Assembly: GCA_965207735.1 (NCBI GenBank)
Contig: OZ242296.1
Location: 736,001 to 800,000 of the forward strand
Direction of reading: 5' to 3'
Source: Candidatus Versatilivorator sp.
Lineage (GTDB): Bacteria; Acidobacteriota; Terriglobia; Versatilivoradales; Versatilivoraceae
DNA length: 64,000 nucleotides
Under the pieces are notes generated by a model. That model worked only from the letters and a program-made list of their open reading frames with translations, was not told the DNA's origin and did no database searches. Of this stretch, positions 17,740-27,736 are shown one piece after another. The position numbers were made by a program, and so were the translations under genes. Numbering within the stretch: position 1 is the stretch's first letter; each line of letters opens with the position of its first letter.

Positions 17740-20007
17740 TTAAGCGGTGGCGGCGCTGGGGACAAGACCCATACGGTTGAAACAACCGTGGCAGGCCTCG
17801 ATAAAGAGCTGGGCCTCCTCGATCAGGCGTCGGGAAGATTCCGGCGTGTGGCCGCTTCCTGAACTTCTATGCGCGGCGAAGAAGTAATTGGCGAACTTGG
17901 GACCGGCAAAGGGATCGAAAATCTTCTCGGTGTCGAAATACCGGGTGCGGAACTCTTTCACGACTTCGTCCCGATCGTCGGGAACATCCAGGAACTCTAT
18001 TTTAATCAGTCCCCTGGCTGCATGGAGCATGGCGCCGTAGGCCGTCTCGCCCGCCTGCTGGAAGTCTCCCTCCTCGGCAAACACCTGGGCCTCGAAGACT
18101 TCGCGTTCAGCTGCCGCCAGGTCGAATTCCACGGCGGTGACCACTTCTCCAGCGCACTCGCCCTTACCGATGTCGCTTATGCTGTATTCTCTAGGGTCCC
18201 CCCAGTCACTGAAGTTGGATCTGTCGGCTTCATAGCCGGGAATCTTGGCCAGATCCTCCAACAGCTTGCGGACCTGCAGTTTTCCGGTGCGTTTGATGAA
18301 GTTCTGGAAGCTCTCTCCCTGGTTGCGATTGCTGACGTAGCGCTCTCCCAGACGGGAAACCACCTCGGGAATATTCTTGGAGGGAATGGCTACGATGGGG
18401 AGGCCGTAGGAGCCGGCGTTTTGTGTCCACTGGCCTCCCAGCACCACCTGAAAATGGGGCACGGCGTAACCGCCGACCTTCCGGCTCACTCCGTAAAAAC
18501 CCAGATCCGCGATGTGATGCTGCCCGCAACTGTTGAAGCACCCGCTGACCTTGATGTGCAGGTCCTGGATGGCTTGATCCATCTCCGCGCTCTTGCTGGC
18601 CAACCGGTGTTGGAGCTCGGCAGCCAGCCCCCTCGATGAAGAAATCCCAAGCTTGCAGGTGTCGGTTCCGGGACAGGCCACCACATCGACGACGTTACTC
18701 GCCCCGGGCCGGGCCAATTGGGCCGATTCCAGGGCCTGGTAGAGTTCGGCAAGGTCGCATTGACGCACCCAGCGCAGGACGACGTTTTGTTCCACGGTCG
18801 TGCGTACCGTATCTGGAGTGAATCGACGAGCAATGTCCGCCAGGGCGCGAAGTTGATCGGCGCTGATATCCCCCAAGGGGAGGGTGATGGTAGCGACCAC
18901 AAACCCCGTCTGTTTTTGCGCCCGTACGTTGGTCTTCAACCACTGCCGGTATTCGGGGGAACCCGACTCGGAAAGGTCGCCGGCCGGCTGGGGCGATTCT
19001 TCACCGGAGGCCGCCAGCGCCTCGCTGAGGTATTGCTTCCATCGGGGATCCTTGGGAAGGCGGTCGCGCTCCTCCAGCACCAGGGCCTTGAACTTCTCAA
19101 TGCCCAGGTCGTGCACCAGGAACTTGATTCGGGCCCTGGCTCGATTCTTCTTCTCGCCCAGTCGCGCAAACACGCGGGCGATCGCCTGTGCGGTCGGCAG
19201 CAGTTGCTCCGGGGGCAGGAACTCGTCGAAGAGTTTAGCCTGGTAAGGAACGGCCCCCAGCCCTCCGCCGACATACAGTTCAAACCCGCGCACCTCGACC
19301 CCGTTCTCCCGGCGAGTCACGGCAATGGCGCCCAGATCGTGCATGCTGGTCAGCCCACAGGCGTGCTGGCTGCATCCGCTGAATGCCGGTTTGAACTTTC
19401 TGCCGAAGTTCTGGCAGTCGGGGTGGCCGAGCAGGAATCGGGCCAGAGCTTTGGCATAAGGAGTTACATCGAACGCCTCGTCCGGGCAAACTCCCGAAAA
19501 GGGACAGGCGGTGACGTTGCGGACGGAATTGCCGCAAGCTTCGCGAGTGGTGATTCCGACCGCCGCCAAACGGCGCATCAGGGACGGCGTGTCCTCCATG
19601 TGCACGTAGTGAAGCTGGAAATCCTGCCGGGTGGTGACATGGGCGATGCCGTCGGAGTATTCCTCGGCCAGCTCGGCCATCACCTCGAGTTGAGCCCCAT
19701 TGAGCCCGCCGTAGGGAATTTTGATTCGCTGCATGCCCGGAGCGTCCCAGAGGGTGTTGGGCCCCTTGGTCGGGTTGGCGGTGGGATACTCCAGGGATCT
19801 GGCCACTTTGCCGTCGTGCCGCTGACCGTTGTCGTAGCGCTGTCCGTAGACGCCGCGACGCAGCCGGGTTTCCGCGAAGAGCCGCTCATCCACCTTCTCC
19901 TGTCGCCGCAAGTCGATCTCGGTTTCGAAGATATCGATCTCCCGGTTCAGGGGTTCGTCGATGCCGCCCGCAAGTCGTTCTTTCCACAGATGGTTGGAAG
20001 CCTTCAT
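17740..20007 (-). CDS. Siroheme nitrite/sulfite reductase with a C-terminal HEPN-like extension
   Basis: GVYGQR, HVTTRQDFQLH, ACPGTDTCKLG and SGCFNSCGQH (siroheme/4Fe-4S ligands). Confidence 0.9.
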   Translation of the reverse strand: MKASNHLWKERLAGGIDEPLNREIDIFETEIDLRRQEKVDERLFAETRLRRGVYGQRYDNGQRHDGKVARSLEYPTANPTKGPNTLWDAPGMQRIKIPYGGLNGAQLEVMAELAEEYSDGIAHVTTRQDFQLHYVHMEDTPSLMRRLAAVGITTREACGNSVRNVTACPFSGVCPDEAFDVTPYAKALARFLLGHPDCQNFGRKFKPAFSGCSQHACGLTSMHDLGAIAVTRRENGVEVRGFELYVGGGLGAVPYQAKLFDEFLPPEQLLPTAQAIARVFARLGEKKNRARARIKFLVHDLGIEKFKALVLEERDRLPKDPRWKQYLSEALAASGEESPQPAGDLSESGSPEYRQWLKTNVRAQKQTGFVVATITLPLGDISADQLRALADIARRFTPDTVRTTVEQNVVLRWVRQCDLAELYQALESAQLARPGASNVVDVVACPGTDTCKLGISSSRGLAAELQHRLASKSAEMDQAIQDLHIKVSGCFNSCGQHHIADLGFYGVSRKVGGYAVPHFQVVLGGQWTQNAGSYGLPIVAIPSKNIPEVVSRLGERYVSNRNQGESFQNFIKRTGKLQVRKLLEDLAKIPGYEADRSNFSDWGDPREYSISDIGKGECAGEVVTAVEFDLAAAEREVFEAQVFAEEGDFQQAGETAYGAMLHAARGLIKIEFLDVPDDRDEVVKEFRTRYFDTEKIFDPFAGPKFANYFFAAHRSSGSGHTPESSRRLIEEAQLFIEACHGCFNRMGLVPSAATA

Positions 20008-20094
20008 TCAGAGTACTCCCTGCCCTCGGTGAAAATGATCGCGCCCGTGGTTGGAGCCGAGATGCCGTTCTCCCCAAGGTCGCTCGGAGAGCCT

Positions 20095-20123
20095 ATTCTA
20101 TAGTCAGGCCGAGCTTTTTGCAA
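20095..20123 (-). promoter_or_regulatory. Putative reductase promoter whose -35 lies in a MITE-like end
   Basis: Minus strand reads TTGCAA-N17-TAGAAT. Confidence 0.5.
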
Positions 20124-20233
20124 AATTCGCAACCGGGCAAGTCATTTTGCCGATACACCTTATGTTCTGCCTCTTTCAATATCGGGTGCGACCTGGCAAG
20201 AAATGCGGGTTCACCACAAAAAGCACAAAACGA

Positions 20234-20446
20234 ATGAGCCTTTTGCAAAATTCCGCAGCCAACCGTTTTATGGAGGCTCGGAACAGGTTTTGATTCACAT
20301 GGATGCACAGGATGCACAGGATTTTTTCAGGAAACGGCTAGCTGGTAATCCTGAGCATCCGCAAATCCGCACACGATCATTGCCGGAGCCGGCTTCTCGT
20401 GCAGCAGCGTCCCGTCCTGGTTATCCTGTGCATCCATGTTAATTAT
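20234..20446 (+). repeat. ~210-bp dispersed repeat, second copy
   Basis: Near-identical to 15645-15856. Confidence 0.92.
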
Positions 20447-20549
20447 GAGCCTTATGCAAATATCGCAATCGGGAATGACATTGCGGCGGCAAGGATGATG
20501 TGCTGCAGGCTCCAGCATTCACCACGATAAGCACAAGAGACAACAGAAA

Positions 20550-20631
20550 CCACAAAAAGCACAAAAGGCACAAGACGAGTTTCTTGATTTCGAGACTTGC
20601 CCATCCGATGGTTCTTTTTGTGTTTTTGTGG
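20550..20631. repeat. REP-like inverted doublet
   Basis: CCACAAAAAGCACAAAA ... TTTTGTGTTTTTGTGG; a half copy lies near 20214. Confidence 0.7.
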
Positions 20632-20703
20632 CCATTCCCGGCAAGGGTCCGGCTGCCGATTCTTGCCAACGCCTCGGCTGGCTGTCATGTTTTGGCACCG
20701 GAA

Positions 20704-22698
20704 TCAGTCTCGGTTCTCCCGCGCCCGGGTGCCGGCCTCCAGGGTCTCGACAATGGTCTCGACATCGAAGACGCAGCCACCCCAGGTTCCTCCGCTCACC
20801 TGTTGCAGGGCCGCCCAGAGTCGCGAATCGCCGGGAAGCCGGCTGTCGTGAGAGAGGTGGGTCGGCACTGGCCGCACTTCCAGGATTTTGCTGCCGGCCT
20901 CGATGCCAAGTACCTTTCCCTCGCAGCCCACCAGGTCGACACGTCCCTCCAAGCGATTGCGATCGATGACAATTTGAATGATGTCGTCGTCTCTGACCTT
21001 TCCGATTGGCCCCCCGGCCAGAGCCTCTGGGCCGACATGGCCGATACAGGCACCGGTGGACACTCCCGAAAAGCGGGCGTCGGTTACCACCGCGATGTGT
21101 TTCCCGAAGGAGAGGTGCTTCAGTGCGGAAGTGATCTGGTAAATTTCCTCCATCCCCGATCCGGCCGGGCCGCGACAGATCAAGACCAGGATTTCCCCGG
21201 GTTTGACCCGGTCCTGCTGCCGGCTCTTGATGGCTGCGATGGCATCGGTCTCCCGGGTAAATACCCTGGCCGGACCAACCTTGCGGTAAACGCCGTCGGG
21301 GTCGACCACCGAGGGATCGATAGCCGTGCTCTTGATTACCGAGCCCTCCGGCGCCAGGTTGCCGCCAGGAAAGGTCACGGTGCTGGTCAATCCCCTCCGG
21401 TGGGCCTCCGTGGGGCTCATGATCACTTCCTCGGGGTCGACGCCGTCCAGTTCCCCAAGCTTGCGGCGCAAGTGACGGCGACGGTCGGATCTTTCCCACC
21501 AATCCAGGACCTCTCCCAGGGACAGCCCGGAAACGGTTTGGGCATCCAGGTGCAGGAGATCGAGGTCTCGCAGGTGCAGCATGACTTCCGGGACGCCTCC
21601 CGCCAGGAATACCCGGACGGTCGGATGGTGTCGGGGGCCGTTGGGCAGCACGTCCACGATGCGTGGCACCCGTCGGTTCATTGCGGCCCAGTTCTCCGCT
21701 GTCGGACGCCGAAGCCCGGCCGCGTGGGCGATGGCAGGAAGGTGCAGGAGCAGGTTGGTGGACCCGCCAAAGGCAGCATGCACCGCCATGGCGTTGTGAA
21801 TGGATTTGTCGGTCAACAGCTGGCCGATGGTGTGTTCCGCCTTGTCCAGAAGCAGCAGCGCTCGGGCTGACCGGCGAGCCATGTCGAGCCAGATCTCCTG
21901 TCCCGAGGGAGCCAGGGCTGAATGCGGCAGAGCCAGCCCCAGGGCTTCCCCCACGACCTGCGCGGTTGCCGCGGTCCCCAGAAACTGGCATCCTCCGCCC
22001 GGAGAAGCGCAGGCTCTGCAGAGAGCCTCGGCGGCATCTTCCAGGGTGGCTTCTCCGTGGGCGAAGCGAGATCCAATGGATTGGACGGTGCCGGCATCCT
22101 CTCCCTCGGTGGGGGGGAGCGTGACCCCTCCGGGAACCAGGACACAGGGTAGATCCCGCATAGAGGCCAGGGCCATCATCATGGCCGGCAGTCCCTTGTC
22201 GCAGGTGGCGACTCCCAGGACGCCGCTCCGGGTGGGAAGCGAGCGAATCTGACGCCGAAAGATCTGGGCGGCGTCGTTGCGGTAAGGGAGGCTGTCCATC
22301 ATTCCCGGCGTGCCCTGGGTACGACCATCGCAGGGGTCGGTGCAGAAGGCCGCATAGGGAATGCAGCCGGCGGCGCGGAGCTCTTCCGCGGCCGCCTGCA
22401 TCAACAGCCCCACCTCCCAATGCCCGGTGTGGTAGCCGAGAGCCAGGGGACGGCCGTCCGGAGCCCGGATGCCCCCCTGCGTACTCAGGATGAGGAACTC
22501 GCGTCGACCCAGTTCCGCCGGATTCCAGCCCATTCCCGCATTTTGACTGAAGGCGAAGAGGTTACCGCTGGGAGCATGCCGGAGCAGTTCTTCACTGATC
22601 GGGACGCTGCCTTCCGGCCCACGGGCCTTGGTCCGAATTTCGAACAGGCTCGGATCGTTGGAATCGAGAATGCGGTTGTCAATTTCCCCAGGGCTCAT
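20704..22698 (-). CDS. YjhG/YagF-family sugar-acid (D-xylonate) dehydratase, IlvD/Edd superfamily
   Basis: [50 protein letters not shown]. Confidence 0.92.
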   Translation of the reverse strand: MSPGEIDNRILDSNDPSLFEIRTKARGPEGSVPISEELLRHAPSGNLFAFSQNAGMGWNPAELGRREFLILSTQGGIRAPDGRPLALGYHTGHWEVGLLMQAAAEELRAAGCIPYAAFCTDPCDGRTQGTPGMMDSLPYRNDAAQIFRRQIRSLPTRSGVLGVATCDKGLPAMMMALASMRDLPCVLVPGGVTLPPTEGEDAGTVQSIGSRFAHGEATLEDAAEALCRACASPGGGCQFLGTAATAQVVGEALGLALPHSALAPSGQEIWLDMARRSARALLLLDKAEHTIGQLLTDKSIHNAMAVHAAFGGSTNLLLHLPAIAHAAGLRRPTAENWAAMNRRVPRIVDVLPNGPRHHPTVRVFLAGGVPEVMLHLRDLDLLHLDAQTVSGLSLGEVLDWWERSDRRRHLRRKLGELDGVDPEEVIMSPTEAHRRGLTSTVTFPGGNLAPEGSVIKSTAIDPSVVDPDGVYRKVGPARVFTRETDAIAAIKSRQQDRVKPGEILVLICRGPAGSGMEEIYQITSALKHLSFGKHIAVVTDARFSGVSTGACIGHVGPEALAGGPIGKVRDDDIIQIVIDRNRLEGRVDLVGCEGKVLGIEAGSKILEVRPVPTHLSHDSRLPGDSRLWAALQQVSGGTWGGCVFDVETIVETLEAGTRARENRD

Positions 22699-22758
22699 GG
22701 CGAGCCTCCTCCATCCTTTTTGGTTTGTTTCAGGCAAGCCGGGCCCCCGCCCTGCTGT

Positions 22759-22925
22759 GCGGATCATACGAAAGTGAAACAATCAGAAATCGATCAACCT
22801 TTCTCGACCTTGGCACCCCGTCGCGGTCAACCTCAGCGCCTTAGTGTCCCTTCGTCGTTCTTCGTGCCCCTTCGTGGAAATGTCTTTTTCTTTTGTCGTT
22901 TGTCGGTTGTTTCAGACAAGACAAG
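22759..22925 (+). repeat. Dispersed repeat, family C (CTTCGTG-rich)
   Basis: Similar to 48972-49130; partial copies at 29953-30045 (inverted) and 32901-32942. Confidence 0.85.
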
Positions 22926-22940
22926 TCCTCGGGTCCCGGA

Positions 22941-23588
22941 TCAGGAGGTCCGGCCTTTTGCGACTTCGGCCACGAACGCCGCCGCGCGGCGGCGCAAATC
23001 CTCCATGTTGCCTGAGTCGAGCAGCTTCTGGCTGACCAGGCTGCTCCCAACCCCCAGGACGGCAGCGCCGCTTCTGACGAAGTCGGCTGCCGTATCCAGG
23101 TTCACGCCTCCGACCGGGACGATCTCCAGTTGAGGCAGCGGCGCCCGAACGGCCTTGAGGTAAGCTGGGCCGCCGATGTCCGCCGGAAACAGCTTGATCA
23201 TGGAGGCGCCCGCTTCCCAGGCGACCAGCATTTCGGTGGGCGTGTAGCAGCCCGGGAACACCGGGATGCCGTAACGACGACAGAGCGCCACCATGTCCGG
23301 ATCAAAGGTTGGGGCCACCACGAAGTCGGCTCCGGCCAGAATGGCGGCACGAGCCGTTTCAGGGTCCAATACCGTGCCCGCGCCGAAAAGGGTTTCCCCC
23401 CGATATCGCTGGCTGGCGGCCCGGATGGTCTCGATGGCCCCCGGGGTGGTCATGGTGACTTCAATGGCCCGCACGCCGCCCGCCCTTATGGCGTCGGCAG
23501 CGACGATCAACTGGTCGGAACTGTCCGCCCGCATGATGGCGATCACCCCTGTCTTCCTCATCAGGTCCAGTTTTTGTTCCTTGGTCAT
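22941..23588 (-). CDS. eda: KDPG/KHG aldolase
   Basis: IEVTMTTP, GAGTVLD, TPTE, IKLFPA, PVGGVN. Confidence 0.9.
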   Translation of the reverse strand: MTKEQKLDLMRKTGVIAIMRADSSDQLIVAADAIRAGGVRAIEVTMTTPGAIETIRAASQRYRGETLFGAGTVLDPETARAAILAGADFVVAPTFDPDMVALCRRYGIPVFPGCYTPTEMLVAWEAGASMIKLFPADIGGPAYLKAVRAPLPQLEIVPVGGVNLDTAADFVRSGAAVLGVGSSLVSQKLLDSGNMEDLRRRAAAFVAEVAKGRTS

Positions 23589-23708
23589 TGTGAAAGCCCT
23601 CCGACACGTTTCTTTGCCGGGTCGCAGGCAACCGATCTAGAGACACTCACTTCAACAGCTTGGCAGTCCCATGTTCCAGAATTTCCGGAATAGGCTGTGC
23701 CGCGTCAG

Positions 23709-24863
23709 CTAGCGGGAGGTCCGTTTCCCGCCGCCCAGCACGTCCGATCTCAGCAGCGCTTGTACCTCCGCCTTGTCGACAATGGGTAGATCGAACATCA
23801 GGGTCTGCTTCAAGCGGGTGGCCGCGTCTCCAGTCAGAATTCCCTTCTCCATTCCTTCCCGGCTGAATCCCGAGGTGAGCAGGCCATAGTAGAATCCCGC
23901 GTTCCAAGTATCCCCGCCACCCAGCCTGTCCCACAAGGTGATGGGCCTGACGGCAGGCGAACGAAAGAAACGGCCGTGGGAGTCGATGGCTGCCGATTCC
24001 CAGCGATGTTGCTCGAAGGTATCGGGATAGCGGATGGTGATGGCGACCATCCGGGCACGAAACCGGTCCCGTACCTGGCCGGCGAAGTTACGAAGATCCT
24101 CATCGTCGATGGGACCCAAGTCGCCGTCAACGATCTGCTTGGCGGAACAACTTCCCAGGCTCATACCGTAGAGCTTGGCCATGTCTTCAATAGTGGTGAT
24201 GAGCACGTCCACGTGGTCGGTGGCAATGGGAGTCAGCACCTTACGGGCCTCCTCGGGAGACCACAACGTAGCTCTGTAGTTGAAGTCCATTCCAACCAAA
24301 CAGTTAGAAGGCTTGTTCTCAAGTGCTTCTTGGAGTGCTTCCAGGTTGTAGTTGCGGTCGTATCGGCTATGTCCGGCCAATCCGAAGGTGATTCCGGAGG
24401 TGTGGAACAGCCGGGCGCCTCTCAGAGCCTCCTGCCAATTCACCATCCCCGGACCCAATTTGGAGGCCGCAGAAAACATGCGCTGGTAGATTCCGATGTT
24501 TCGCCGGGGAGTGCGACCGATTTCATAGATCAAGCGACCGATGGGTTCGGTCTTGGGAGCCCAGACCATGCCGCCGGTGTCAATGCCCTGCTCTCGAGCG
24601 GCATTTCGCACCGCGTGCCCGTAAGGGTTTGCCGGAATCCGGGTGATGTAGGCGGAGGGAATTCCGAACCGGCTGAGGGCGGTGGCTAGCGTAAATTCAC
24701 TGCCCGCCAGCGATAGATGGACCATACGGGTCCGTTCGGGGCGCTCCAGGTCGGCAGGGGTCTCGCGCACCAGCACCTCCCCAAAGGTCACAAAAACCGG
24801 GCCGCCGCCTTGCAACGGAGACAGGTCATCTTTGGTGATATCGAACCTCACCTCTCCTGGCAT
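23709..24863 (-). CDS. PfkB sugar kinase, 2-keto-3-deoxygluconate kinase-like
   Basis: VTFGEVL, HTSGIT, DFNYRATLW, DRLGGGD. Confidence 0.85.
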   Translation of the reverse strand: MPGEVRFDITKDDLSPLQGGGPVFVTFGEVLVRETPADLERPERTRMVHLSLAGSEFTLATALSRFGIPSAYITRIPANPYGHAVRNAAREQGIDTGGMVWAPKTEPIGRLIYEIGRTPRRNIGIYQRMFSAASKLGPGMVNWQEALRGARLFHTSGITFGLAGHSRYDRNYNLEALQEALENKPSNCLVGMDFNYRATLWSPEEARKVLTPIATDHVDVLITTIEDMAKLYGMSLGSCSAKQIVDGDLGPIDDEDLRNFAGQVRDRFRARMVAITIRYPDTFEQHRWESAAIDSHGRFFRSPAVRPITLWDRLGGGDTWNAGFYYGLLTSGFSREGMEKGILTGDAATRLKQTLMFDLPIVDKAEVQALLRSDVLGGGKRTSR

Positions 24864-24905
24864 GGGAATTTTCTCCTGCGGGTCAGGTGTCCTGTCTCAG
24901 GAATA

Positions 24906-24979
24906 GGGACCTTTTGCAAATTTCGTCGTGTAAAGTCCCCTATTCACGTCTCCTACCTGCGGAATCTTGCAAAAGGCTC
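24906..24979 (-). mobile_element. MITE-like element, family B (GAGCCTTTTGCAAAA termini)
   Basis: Terminal inverted repeats; reverse complement aligns with 44368-44464; sits inside a TGTCTCAG..CTGAGACA palindrome. Confidence 0.7.
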
Positions 24980-25205
24980 ATCTGCGACGCAATTTCTGAG
25001 ACAGAACACGAGGCATTCCGGCTGGCCGGGATCGACAGCGAGCCGGCCTTTGTCAATCGGAAATCCTTCAGCGTCATTGCCCTTCAGAGTGAAACACGAG
25101 TTGGCCTTGTGAGGGCCGGCAGCGCACCATCATAACCGCAGCACCCAAAAACAGGAAGGACTACAAAGTAGACAGCCGGAGGCAACCGACGCTTCTTGTC
25201 AGGAT

Positions 25206-26810
25206 TCAGCGGCGTAACCATTTCAAAGGGAGAATTGCAATAGGAATGACGGTCAGCAACACGGCCAGACTCAGGGCGAGGCAGAAAAAGGCAAAGACGT
25301 CTCCGTACCGGGAATAGAAGGTGGGCGTTTGTCTGAAGCGGAAAGTACCGTCAAGCACCGTTTGCCGGTCAAGTCCGGTGCTGGACAGGACTCTCCCGAA
25401 GGGGTCGATGACGGCGCTGATCCCGCTGTTGGCAGCCCTCAGGAGGTATCGTCGGTTCTCTATCGCGCGCATTCGGGCCATCAGCAGATGTTGGTGGGGG
25501 GCGGCTGAAGTTCCAAACCAGGTGTCGTTGGTGATGTTGACGAGAACCTCGGCGCCTTCCGCCACAAAACGGCGCACCAGATCGGGCACCACCGCCTCAT
25601 AACAGATGAAAACTCCCACCTTATCTCCGGACTCCAAACGGGAGATCACCACCTGGCTGCCGGGCCGATAGTCCCCTACCCCTGTGGATATCTTTTCGAC
25701 GAAGAAGAAAAGCCAGGACCAGGGAACATATTCCCCGAACGGAACCAAATGCATTTTGTCATACTGGGCGATCAATTCCCCCCGGGGAGAGACTGTCCCT
25801 ACGCTGTTGTACGGGCCTGTATTCCTACCGGTGCCTCCCTCAGGCCAGTCCACGAATCCGAACAGCAGGGTGGATCCGGAAGACTCTGCCAACTCGTTCA
25901 TCCGTTTTCGGAATGACGAGTCTTCATGATAATAGAACGGCGCCGGCGTCTCCGGCCAAATGACAAGCCTTGCCCGTTGCGGTCCGGCAGGGCCTGGGCC
26001 GGCTCTCGAATCCTCGAGCGAGGGCGACAGAGACAACTCGATCAACTCGTCCAGGAGCCGGATTTGCGATCGCGGGTCCCAGGGTTGATCCAGGGGGATA
26101 TGGGTCTGTACCAGGCGGACGTGGGCCTTCCCGATGTCGTCCGACTCGAGCGGTTTCACTCCCACCCACATCAGACCACCCAGGATCGCCAGGGAGAGGG
26201 GCAGGCAAACCATGGCCAGCCTTGACCGGAAGAAAAGGCCGGCGATCAACGCGTTGATCAAAACCACCAGGAAAGAGAGTCCGTAGACCCCGGTGAAGGT
26301 GGCGATCTGAGCCAGGGAGGGGTTGTCCACCAAGGCGTAGCCGGTCAGGCACCAGGGGAAGCCCGTCAGGAGGTATCCCCGAAGATATTCCGTGGAGAGC
26401 CAAAGACCGGGGGCCAGCAGGAAGCAGGACCCGGGAAATCGCAGCGAGAGCCTGGAAAATACCAAGGCGAACAGACTCGGGAACAGAGATAGGTAGAGGA
26501 CCAGCAGAACAAACAGCAAAACGGCTCCCGACCAATGCATGTCGCCGTAACTTTGCAGCACGGCCAGGATCCAGTAGCAGCACCCGGAAAAAAAAGCGAG
26601 ACCGAAGATCCAACCCAGCAGTAGCGCCCGCTGCCAGGAAGTCTCGCGAAAGAGAACGACCAACAGGGGAACCAGCGCGACCCAGCTCACCCATGAAAGG
26701 GAGAATTGGGGGAAGAGAAGGATCTGCAGGAGACCGCTGGCTAGGGCCAGACCACATTTCTGGCCGGTATTAATGATGTGCCGGCGAACCGGCAGGAAAT
26801 GAGGGCTCAA
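25206..26810 (-). CDS. lnt: Apolipoprotein N-acyltransferase
   Basis: Multiple TM segments, GFPW, IWPE, YDKMHLVPFGEY, ICYE, NITND, RAIENRR. Confidence 0.95.
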   Translation of the reverse strand: MSPHFLPVRRHIINTGQKCGLALASGLLQILLFPQFSLSWVSWVALVPLLVVLFRETSWQRALLLGWIFGLAFFSGCCYWILAVLQSYGDMHWSGAVLLFVLLVLYLSLFPSLFALVFSRLSLRFPGSCFLLAPGLWLSTEYLRGYLLTGFPWCLTGYALVDNPSLAQIATFTGVYGLSFLVVLINALIAGLFFRSRLAMVCLPLSLAILGGLMWVGVKPLESDDIGKAHVRLVQTHIPLDQPWDPRSQIRLLDELIELSLSPSLEDSRAGPGPAGPQRARLVIWPETPAPFYYHEDSSFRKRMNELAESSGSTLLFGFVDWPEGGTGRNTGPYNSVGTVSPRGELIAQYDKMHLVPFGEYVPWSWLFFFVEKISTGVGDYRPGSQVVISRLESGDKVGVFICYEAVVPDLVRRFVAEGAEVLVNITNDTWFGTSAAPHQHLLMARMRAIENRRYLLRAANSGISAVIDPFGRVLSSTGLDRQTVLDGTFRFRQTPTFYSRYGDVFAFFCLALSLAVLLTVIPIAILPLKWLRR

Positions 26811-26985
26811 GGAAAGAAACGCGAACCGTCTTCAGAAAGAAAAGCGTCCGGAGTGTTGATGCTATTCAAGTTACCAGGGCGCGCCCAGGATCGTGTGTAA
26901 CCGCAAGGCATCCCAATGGGACCAAAGTCGCTGCAACGAACTGGCCTGTCATTGATGAATCCAGCGGCCTGGCGAGAAATGCGGG

Positions 26986-27654
26986 CTAGCGTCTCAGAAT
27001 GGTATCGTAGCCGTCCCGGGCCAACCGGGCTTTCACTCGAGATGTCTCCCGGGTACTGCGATAGGGCCCGACCTTCACCCGGATCCACTGCGGGTTTTCC
27101 GACTTCGAGGGAGCCACCACCACCACAGGATATCCCTTGCCCCGCAGCTCGTCGGCCAGGAGGTTGGCATCGGAACGGCTCCGGAGGGCCGCCACTTGCA
27201 AATGAAGCAGCCCGCCGGAGTTGGACGGGGAGCCGGAAGACGCTTTTCGAGGCCTGGCTGGCTGCCGGGCTCCTTTCCGGTTCTCTTTCCCGGTGGCGCG
27301 GGGACTGAAATTCTCATCGAGGCTCTGATCCTTGACGGCGCTGTAGAAGTCCAGTTCCTTTCGCAAGTCCGGTGGGCTTGCCGGGTCCTGCGCACCGGAT
27401 GTTGATCCGTCCGCCCGGTCAGGAGATGAGGCCTGACTTGTCTCCGCGCCCGCGGGTGGACTTGCCACTTCCGAAGACGCCAGGTTGGACTGCGCCCCCT
27501 CTCCGACTGCCAGCGTTGCCTCGCGAGCTTGACCACGCCCCATCCAGAAACCCAAAGCGAAAAAACTGGCGCAGATCAGTACGGCACCCAGGAAAAAGAG
27601 AAGCAAGTGCCGGTTATCGAGTCGCACCTCCTTGTTCTCGGGACCAGTCTCCAT
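26986..27654 (-). CDS. Membrane-anchored SPOR-domain protein
   Basis: N-terminal TM; C-terminal LQVAALR ... WIRVKVGPY; GGAGG RBS. Confidence 0.88.
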   Translation of the reverse strand: METGPENKEVRLDNRHLLLFFLGAVLICASFFALGFWMGRGQAREATLAVGEGAQSNLASSEVASPPAGAETSQASSPDRADGSTSGAQDPASPPDLRKELDFYSAVKDQSLDENFSPRATGKENRKGARQPARPRKASSGSPSNSGGLLHLQVAALRSRSDANLLADELRGKGYPVVVVAPSKSENPQWIRVKVGPYRSTRETSRVKARLARDGYDTILRR

Positions 27655-27736
27655 GAAATTGCCTCCTAACAAGGGGTACCTGAATCCACCCGGGCAATGG
27701 GACCCATAGCCATTCGATCCTCGCGCGCGCCGCTCG

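Noticed and set aside
15500-20640. CRISPR array
   Set aside because: Repeats are dispersed or inverted with no regular repeat-spacer period, and no cas genes are present.
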